Assembly: GCA_965200315.1 (NCBI GenBank)
Contig: OZ241362.1
Span: 5,120,001-5,184,000 of the forward strand
Direction of reading: 5' to 3'
Origin: Candidatus Latescibacterota bacterium
GTDB lineage: Bacteria; Latescibacterota; UBA2968; UBA8231
Length of the DNA: 64,000 nucleotides
Shown here one piece after another: positions 57,437 through 64,000 of the stretch (positions are counted from its first letter, which is position 1; each line of letters begins with the position of its first letter). The notes beneath the pieces are model-generated. The model had not been told where the DNA came from and ran no database searches. It was given only the letters and a program-made list of their open reading frames with translations. A program made the translations under genes and the position numbers.

Positions 57437-58936
57437 ATGTCTGATTATCTTCAAATGGTTGGCGAGAAGCACCAGAAGCGGTTTGGACAGTTTTTTACTC
57501 CAGATGCAGTGGCTGCTTTTATGGTGGATTGGGTATTGGATTCAGGAGCGAATGTGGTGTTTGATCCGGCGTTTGGGTTGGGGGCGTTTCACGCGGCGAT
57601 TGATGATCGAGCTGGCGTTCAGTTCACAGGGTGTGAAGTGGATGCTACCATCGTCGAGTTCTGGGAGCAAAACTCAGGGGAACGTGCGGATTTTGTTACA
57701 ATTGAAGACTATTTGCTTTCTTGGGGCGGCCAATACGACAGTATCGTTTGCAACCCACCGTACATGCGCTTTCAGAAGTTTCTCAATAGGGATGTAGTTG
57801 CGTGTGCGTTTGAGGAAAATCTCGGTCTAAAGCTCTCTGGCTATATGAACACCGCGTCGGCCTTTCTGCTCAAGTCACTTTCTGAACTTTCTGAACGTGG
57901 CCGCTTGGCGTATATCATGCCGCTTGAGTTCTTGAATGCGGGATACGGTACGTTGGTAAAGCAAAAACTCGTTGAATCTGGCCACTTGTGCAGCATTATC
58001 AGCTTCGATTGCGAGAAAGACATTTTCCCGGATGCGACCACGTCTGTGGGCATCATTTTATACGACAGAGCGGTTTATCATATCGCGGTCCAGTTTTTCC
58101 GTCTGCAATCTATAGACGAACTCGCCGCATTCGAGAGTCTGCAACCCGTTGCTGAAGTTCCTCGCTCGACATTGGAGCCGCAGGCCAAGTGGCTGCCCCA
58201 TTTCCAAGGAACGGCGTTCAGCGTTGATCGCCAAAAGATGACGACTCTTGCACACTTTGGAAAATTTAGCCGAGGCATTGCCACAGGTGCGAATGCGTTC
58301 TTCGTCCTAAATCCTACGAGTGTAGCAGCAAGCCACCTCGGTGCGGCCGAGTGCGTACCCTGCATTGCCAAGAGTTCGCAGATTAAAACGGCTGTTTTTA
58401 GGGATGCGGATTTTGCGGATAATCCTGTCTTTCTGTTCTCGGTCACAGGCAATCTCTCCAAGGGCGCTGAAGATTACATCAGGTTTGGGGAAAGCGAGGG
58501 CTATCACGAGCGATTTTTGACGAAAAACAGAACGCCGTGGTACAAAACAGAAACGCGAAGTCCGGCGCCCCTTTTGTTCGGCGTGTTCTCACGCGATGGC
58601 TATAAGGTCGTATTAAACAAGACTAAGGCATTGAACTTGACTTGCTACCATGGATTCCAACCCAACCTGTTGGGTGCCGCATACACAGAGCACTTGTTTC
58701 TTTATCTGTCGTCGCAAATAGGAAGGCAGATCGTAGCTCGCTCTATGCGCCAATACGGTCGGGCGCTGGATAAGTTTGAACCTAATGATTTGAATGACGC
58801 TTTGGTGCCCACGGCGGCTTTCTTCGATACCATATCCAAGGAGAAAGTCGCCGAAGCCGTCCGATTTTTGGAGGAGAACGGAGCGTTGCCGGAGTGGATG
58901 GAAGAATTCTTCGCGCCGTTGAAGTGTGAAGAGTAA
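57437..58936 (+). CDS. Gamma-class N6-adenine DNA methyltransferase (in frame with the endonuclease remnant from 57221)
   Basis: GQFFTP, DPAFG.G.F, CNPPY, RGIATGAN.FF; lower GC. Confidence 0.85.
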   Translation: MSDYLQMVGEKHQKRFGQFFTPDAVAAFMVDWVLDSGANVVFDPAFGLGAFHAAIDDRAGVQFTGCEVDATIVEFWEQNSGERADFVTIEDYLLSWGGQYDSIVCNPPYMRFQKFLNRDVVACAFEENLGLKLSGYMNTASAFLLKSLSELSERGRLAYIMPLEFLNAGYGTLVKQKLVESGHLCSIISFDCEKDIFPDATTSVGIILYDRAVYHIAVQFFRLQSIDELAAFESLQPVAEVPRSTLEPQAKWLPHFQGTAFSVDRQKMTTLAHFGKFSRGIATGANAFFVLNPTSVAASHLGAAECVPCIAKSSQIKTAVFRDADFADNPVFLFSVTGNLSKGAEDYIRFGESEGYHERFLTKNRTPWYKTETRSPAPLLFGVFSRDGYKVVLNKTKALNLTCYHGFQPNLLGAAYTEHLFLYLSSQIGRQIVARSMRQYGRALDKFEPNDLNDALVPTAAFFDTISKEKVAEAVRFLEENGALPEWMEEFFAPLKCEE

Positions 58937-58976
58937 AAGATAAATCACTGGTCACTTATATAGAAAGGAAAGGAAC

Positions 58977-59873
58977 ATGCTACCCATCGTCGATACGCAT
59001 CAACACCTGTGGGATTTGGCGCAATTCGCGCTGCCGTGGTTGGAAGGCGAGGGAATGGACTCGCTGCGGAAAAATCACTTGCTGAGCGATTACTTGGCCG
59101 CGGCTGAAGGAGCCGGCATCGCCCGCACCATTTACATGGAAGTCGACGTCGCCGCTGCGCAGCGCATTGCGGAAGCGGAGTTTGTCGCCGGCTTGTGTCG
59201 GGCCGACGACAATCCAATGGCCGCGGCGGTGATCGGGGGCAGTCCGGGGGCGGAGGGTTTCCGCGCTTATATCGACCGCTTTAAGGGCGAGGATGCTATC
59301 AAAGGCGTACGGCAGGTGTTGCACGTGCCCGACGCCGCGCCGGGTCATTGTCGGCAGGAGCGTTTCGTCCGGGATGTGCAGTACCTAGGAGCGCTCGGCA
59401 TGAGCTTCGATCTGTGCCTGCGACCGAGCGAGTTGGGGGATGCGGTGGGCTTGGTGGATCAGTGCCCGGAAACGCGCTTCATCGTCGATCACTGTGGCAA
59501 TGCCGACCCGCAGATCGTCAACGGCGCGGCTGAGCACAATCCGGCCAACCCGTTCAGCCACACCAAAGAGCAGTGGCAGCGCGACATGGCGGCCTTGGCC
59601 GAGCGCGAGCATTCAGTGTGCAAGATATCCGGGATTGTCGCCCGGGCACCCGCCGGGTGGAACGCCGACACGCTGGCACCGACAGTCAATTACTGCTTGG
59701 ACTGCTTCGGGCCGGACCGGGTGGTGTTCGGCGGCGACTGGCCGGTGTGCAACTTCGGGGCGAGTTTGGGTGCGTGGGTGGCTGCGTTGCGGGAGATCGT
59801 CTCCGGGCGGCCGCAGGAAGAACAGGCCAAATTACTCGCCGGCAATGCCGAGCGGCTCTACGGACTGGAGTGA
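58977..59873 (+). CDS. Amidohydrolase-family protein (sugar lactonase-like)
   Basis: DTHQHLWD, KGVR, DHCG, CKISG, FGGDWPV. Confidence 0.88.
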   Translation: MLPIVDTHQHLWDLAQFALPWLEGEGMDSLRKNHLLSDYLAAAEGAGIARTIYMEVDVAAAQRIAEAEFVAGLCRADDNPMAAAVIGGSPGAEGFRAYIDRFKGEDAIKGVRQVLHVPDAAPGHCRQERFVRDVQYLGALGMSFDLCLRPSELGDAVGLVDQCPETRFIVDHCGNADPQIVNGAAEHNPANPFSHTKEQWQRDMAALAEREHSVCKISGIVARAPAGWNADTLAPTVNYCLDCFGPDRVVFGGDWPVCNFGASLGAWVAALREIVSGRPQEEQAKLLAGNAERLYGLE

Positions 59874-59875
59874 GT

Positions 59876-60889
59876 ATGGACCCTTTTGAGAAAGTAGCGA
59901 TTGGCAACACGGGCGTGGAGGTGACGCGGCTGGGGTTGGGCGGCGCGCCGTTGGGTGGGATGGTTCTAGCCGACGGGATTTTTGTGGGTAGCGGCTACGA
60001 CGCGGCCTTGGCCATCATCCGCCGGGCATACGCAATGGGCGTGCGCTACTTTGATACCGCACCGATGTACGGCGACGGGCGCAGCGAGGTGCGCTACGGG
60101 CGGGTGTTAGGCGAGTTCCCACGGGCGTCGTTTGCCATCTCGACCAAGGGATCGCGGGTCTTGCGGCCTGCCAACCCGGATGACTTGGCTCCCTACAGCG
60201 AGGATGGGATTCCGCACTATACCTATGATTTTGACTTCAGCGCCGAGGGCCTGCGGGCTTCGCTCGATTCGAGCTTGGAACGGTTGGGGTTGGCGGCGGT
60301 GGATATTTTCTTCGTCCACGACAGCGACTTTGCGGGGCAGCACACCGACGAGGATTTTATCGAAGCGCTGGAGGCGGCGGTCGAATTGCGGGCCGAGGAC
60401 ACGGTCAAGGCCATCGGCATGGGTATGAACGAATGGGAGCGCACTGGGCGGATGGTTGAGTGCTTTGACTTGGACTACATCCTGCTGGCCGGGCGCTATA
60501 CGCTGCTGGACCAGTCGGCGCTGCCCGAGTTTTTGCCGCTGTGCGTAGAGCGCGGAGTGAAGCTGACTATGGGCGGGCCGTACAACAGCGGCATCCTCGC
60601 CCGCGATTTGAGCCAGCCGGTGTCTTTTGATTACCTGCCCGCGCCTGAGCATCTAGTGCAACAGGCCAAGGCACTCAAGGCGGTCTGCGACCGGCACGGC
60701 GTTGAACTGCGGGCCGCGGCATTGCAATTTCCCTTTGGGGATGAGGCGGTGATTTCGGTAGTGCCCGGTGCGGCGTCGGTAGCCGAGCTGGAGGACAACG
60801 CGCGCGTGATGCAGGCGGAGATACCGTCGGTTCTGTGGGCGGAGTTGAAGGCCGAAGGGCTGTTGCCAGAGGCTGCGCCGACGCCGTGA
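59876..60889 (+). CDS. Aldo/keto reductase (D-threo-aldose dehydrogenase-like)
   Basis: GLGGAPLG, FDTAPMYG.G.SE, STK, HD, AGRYTLL, YNSG.L. Confidence 0.88.
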   Translation: MDPFEKVAIGNTGVEVTRLGLGGAPLGGMVLADGIFVGSGYDAALAIIRRAYAMGVRYFDTAPMYGDGRSEVRYGRVLGEFPRASFAISTKGSRVLRPANPDDLAPYSEDGIPHYTYDFDFSAEGLRASLDSSLERLGLAAVDIFFVHDSDFAGQHTDEDFIEALEAAVELRAEDTVKAIGMGMNEWERTGRMVECFDLDYILLAGRYTLLDQSALPEFLPLCVERGVKLTMGGPYNSGILARDLSQPVSFDYLPAPEHLVQQAKALKAVCDRHGVELRAAALQFPFGDEAVISVVPGAASVAELEDNARVMQAEIPSVLWAELKAEGLLPEAAPTP

Positions 60890-61135
60890 GAAAATGTTAA
60901 AGTTGTAGTTACAATTTCTTGCGGTTAGATCGATCAATCCTACCTCATTCGTGAGATGCGGCGCCTCGCTGGGTGCGCGGGCGGCCCCCCAAGGAGAACC
61001 CCCAAGCACCGGCGGGGCCAAGGCGACGAGAGCACAGCTCGGTAAGCACCGCAAGGCGGCCATCAGCAACACTTTTACCGCGCCTGTCGACAAGGCGACG
61101 AGCAAGAGCATACAAGAGCATAAGCGCGATGAATC

Positions 61136-61906
61136 CTATTTATGGTTTTTGATCTGGCCCCACGTCGTTGTAGTTATCGCGGTGGGCTCTTGTGGCCTTG
61201 ATGCAAGGCGCATCAAGTCAAAGCTAAGACTGTATTCCCATCGTCCTATTTTGCCAAGGGGTGCTGCGGAGTAAGCAATAAAGCCTATGGTAGATCCCGG
61301 AGTTATGTCTTGATGAAGCATAGCTCCGGGATCGGAAAAACTTTCTGACAGTGTGGCGATGCCGACAAGGCAATCCTCATCTTTAAACAAGCGAAACTCA
61401 ATGGTTATATTGGTGAGTATGCCATTAGTATCGTTGTACAATTCGCCTAATATCACCGCTGTTGAATCCGGCCCGAAGGTCGTAAAATTCAAGGACTCCT
61501 CTACTAGTATTAGGCCACCAGTCAAAGACTCGGTATCAGGATCTGGCGATCTGGCATAGCCAGAGAATCTAATACTAAAGTCGTCGTATTGTCCTTGTTC
61601 AAAATCTGTTTCAATGGTAAATGGACAGATCTGACCGGGCTGGATATGCTCGTAAATATCTGGACGGCCAGAGATAACCGCCAAGACTACGCCTTGTAGC
61701 TTGACTGTTACGACTACTTGGATTGGCTGGACTGATTCAAACTCGTCTACGTTTAGAGCTTCGCCTATAAAGGCGATCTTTCCGTTATCGTCTACTACTT
61801 CCTCGACACTAACAATCTTGAAATACTCATCGGAGTAGAAAGCGATAGCGGGGGATGCCGTTAAGAAAACGGCGACAATCAGGCAAATCACGACTTTCGC
61901 GCCCAT
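61136..61906 (-). CDS. Secreted FxLYD-like domain protein with C-terminal WGQIK motif
   Basis: Signal peptide, two GE..N / I.PG...F repeats, FRLFKD; ends PTAITTTTWGQIKNHK; lower GC. Confidence 0.65.
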   Translation of the reverse strand: MGAKVVICLIVAVFLTASPAIAFYSDEYFKIVSVEEVVDDNGKIAFIGEALNVDEFESVQPIQVVVTVKLQGVVLAVISGRPDIYEHIQPGQICPFTIETDFEQGQYDDFSIRFSGYARSPDPDTESLTGGLILVEESLNFTTFGPDSTAVILGELYNDTNGILTNITIEFRLFKDEDCLVGIATLSESFSDPGAMLHQDITPGSTIGFIAYSAAPLGKIGRWEYSLSFDLMRLASRPQEPTAITTTTWGQIKNHK

Positions 61907-62394
61907 CTCTGAGTCTCCTTTACTGGATGGTGGTTGCTTGGCTCCCCGCTGGGAGCCGGGCTATTGCAACCACCTCGCAGAGATTTAGCGGGAAGTCTTA
62001 CCTATTTGCCCTAGCTTAGACGGCCAATCCAAGCTCATTGAGCAGGCTATTGTATTCGGCAAGTAACCCGACATCGGGCCTGCTCGGTGGTTGCAGGCGA
62101 TATAATGGTGTCGGGAGGTCGGATTGTCAACGGTCGAATTTCAAAACGTACCACTACCCAAAATTCCGTGCGCAAGGACTTAGAAGAAATTGAGTTCCAA
62201 CTCGCCAAGGGCCGCCACGACCTCTGCGTGGGAGTGCGCGCCGGCGCGACCCTAGAGTCGCGGCTGGCCATCGAACTAATTCGTTTTAGGCCAGGTAGTC
62301 TTGACCTTTCGGGCAAGGGCGATCTGGCCTTTCTTTACGGCTGGAGGGTGGTAGGTGGTAGCGGATTGATAGCTCATATCATAGGGAGGCAGCT

Positions 62395-63330
62395 ATGGCC
62401 AAACGACTGGTTTACTTCAACGGCGAGTTCGTCCCCGAGCCGGAGGCGCGGATCTCGATTTTTGACTGCGCCCTAATGTATGGGGACATGGTTTTTGAGA
62501 TGACGCGGAGCTTTGGGCAACAGCCCTACCGGCTGCGCGATCATCTGGAGCGGCTGTACGGCTCGCTCAAATACGCGCAGATCGACTGCGGGCTGGACAT
62601 CGACGCAATGGAGGAGGCGACCCACGAAACCATTGCCCGCAACCTGCCCGCGATCGGTGCGCTGGACTTTCAGATCATGCACGACGTCACGCGCGGTGCC
62701 CTGCCGCTGTACGATACTATCGTCAAGGAGGGCACGGCCCCCATTGTCACCATCAACGTCTTTCCGCTGGTGCGGCACATCGGCGGGATGGCGCATTTCT
62801 ATCGGGAGGGGGCGCACTTTGTCGTCCCGCCCCAGCAGTCGGTGCCCTCGCGCTACATTGACCCGAAAGCCAAAAACCGCAGCCGCATCTTCTACAAGAT
62901 CGCCGAGTTGCAAGCCGCGCAGATGGAGGCCGGGGCCCAAGCGCTGCTGACCGACGAGCACGGCTTTATCACCGAGGGAACGGGCAACAACTTCTTCATG
63001 GTGCGCGACGGCCAAGTGATAACGCCCAAAGGGCACAATATCCTGCGCGGCGTATCGCGCGGCGCGTGTATGGAACTGGCCAGCAAGCTCGGCCTTCCCC
63101 TGTGCGAGGCCGACATCGAGCCGTACGACGTGCGTCTGGCTGACGAGGCGTGGTTTACCAGCACTACGATCTGCATGGTGCCAATCACGCGCTTTAACTT
63201 TCAAGCGGTGGGCGACGGCCAAGTGGGGCCGGTGTATAGCGAGTTGCTAGCGGCGTGGTCTGAAGAAGTCGGCGTGGATATTGCCGGTCAGGCGCGTCAA
63301 TACGCCGAGATGGAGGGGTGGCGGCCCTAG
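62395..63330 (+). CDS. Class IV (branched-chain/D-amino acid) aminotransferase
   Basis: YGD.VFE, H..RL, K..SR, EG.G.N.F, L.G.SR, DE.W.TST; GGGAGG RBS. Confidence 0.9.
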   Translation: MAKRLVYFNGEFVPEPEARISIFDCALMYGDMVFEMTRSFGQQPYRLRDHLERLYGSLKYAQIDCGLDIDAMEEATHETIARNLPAIGALDFQIMHDVTRGALPLYDTIVKEGTAPIVTINVFPLVRHIGGMAHFYREGAHFVVPPQQSVPSRYIDPKAKNRSRIFYKIAELQAAQMEAGAQALLTDEHGFITEGTGNNFFMVRDGQVITPKGHNILRGVSRGACMELASKLGLPLCEADIEPYDVRLADEAWFTSTTICMVPITRFNFQAVGDGQVGPVYSELLAAWSEEVGVDIAGQARQYAEMEGWRP

Positions 63331-63411
63331 CAGAGAGGGCTTGCACGTACACGCGCCCTGTGTAGAGTGAAAGGGAGGCGTGGGACCGCCAGCAATGAAA
63401 GGAGGATCGTT

Positions 63412-64000
63412 ATGGCCGACGCTATGGGGAAATTTCAGCAACTGCTGCGCGAGTTGTTCCAGTTTGACTGCGCCGACCTCGATTTTGGCATCTACCGCAT
63501 TATGAACTACAAGCGGGAGGCCATTGAGAAGTTTGTCGCCGAGAAGCTGCCCGACGTCGTCGCCAGCGAATTGAACAGCGGTTCACTGGCGGACCAAGCT
63601 CGGATGGCCGCAGACCTGGAGGAAGTGAAGGAGCAAATTGCGGAATTATTGGGCGAGAACGCTCTCGACGCCAATGACAACCTATCCGAGAGCTTCCATA
63701 GTACTCGGGTGGGCAAGAAGTACTTGAATCTACAGAAGAAGGCGGTGGGTGGTTTCAGCCGTGCGGCCGTTGAAGTTAGCATCTACAATCACCTGTATAC
63801 CTTCTTCAGCCGCTATTATCAGGACGGCGACTTCATTTCTAAGCGCCGCTATTCCAAACGCCACCACTACGCCATTCCGTACAACGGCGAAGAAGTCTAT
63901 CTCCACTGGGCCAACAGCGATCAGTACTACATCAAGACGAGCGAGCACTTTCGCGATTACGACTGGAAAGCCCCTAATGGTGTGGCCGTGCATTTTCGGA
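63412..64000 (+). CDS. Type III-like R-M DNA methyltransferase subunit, runs off the window
   Basis: Not in the ORF track; MADAMGKFQQLLRELFQFDCADLDFGIYRIMN...FFSRYY..GDFISKRRYS..YAIPYNGEEV.LHWAN.DQYYIK; AGGAGG RBS. Confidence 0.8.
   Translation, partial: MADAMGKFQQLLRELFQFDCADLDFGIYRIMNYKREAIEKFVAEKLPDVVASELNSGSLADQARMAADLEEVKEQIAELLGENALDANDNLSESFHSTRVGKKYLNLQKKAVGGFSRAAVEVSIYNHLYTFFSRYYQDGDFISKRRYSKRHHYAIPYNGEEVYLHWANSDQYYIKTSEHFRDYDWKAPNGVAVHFR

Noticed and set aside
60900-61135. Short direct repeats (CAAGGCGACGAG x2, CAAGAGCATA x2) and a possible gene fragment
   Set aside because: Only two copies each and no recognisable family; probably debris
62047-62340. ORF fragments upstream of the aminotransferase
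   Set aside because: No start context or recognisable motif
1-64000. CRISPR array, tRNA or rRNA genes
   Set aside because: No regularly spaced repeats or recognisable RNA gene signatures seen
1-64000. TAG recoding suggested by the many TAG stops
   Set aside because: TAG falls at the expected protein ends and next to downstream starts; there are no in-frame TAGs within conserved domains

Overview
GC-rich bacterial window with no rRNA, tRNA or CRISPR array. The gene mix (four PhyH-like dioxygenases, Gfo/Idh/MocA and DHDPS-like paralogs, sulfatases, DUF6785- and DUF5916-like proteins, FlgD-like surface proteins, C-terminal WGQxK motifs) resembles Latescibacterota/Poribacteria-like host-associated bacteria; this is inference only. 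A catabolic and cell-surface backbone is repeatedly interrupted by lower-GC accessory or defence genes and gene debris. Main observations: (1) a polar 'remnant - cargo - intact gene' array at 33.6-42.4 kb. Each inserted cargo is preceded on its left by a 60-100 bp copy of the gene end that lies to its right, and two of the copies differ mostly at synonymous positions. A probable older case lies at 21.7-24.4 kb. (2) A 3595-bp IS1595-family element (24-bp TIRs, 6-bp TSD) carrying a methylase, an Eco47II-like endonuclease and a P63C gene, inserted inside hicA of a hicBA operon. (3) Apparent strong depletion of CCWGG with excess CTTGG/CCAAG/CTAGG/CCTAG. (4) Several loci collapsed by internal deletions. 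(5) A shared C-terminal WGQ(L/I)K motif on two unrelated secreted proteins. (6) PhyH paralogs with non-canonical HxG/HxH metal motifs. All family calls come from motif recognition by eye; no searches were run.
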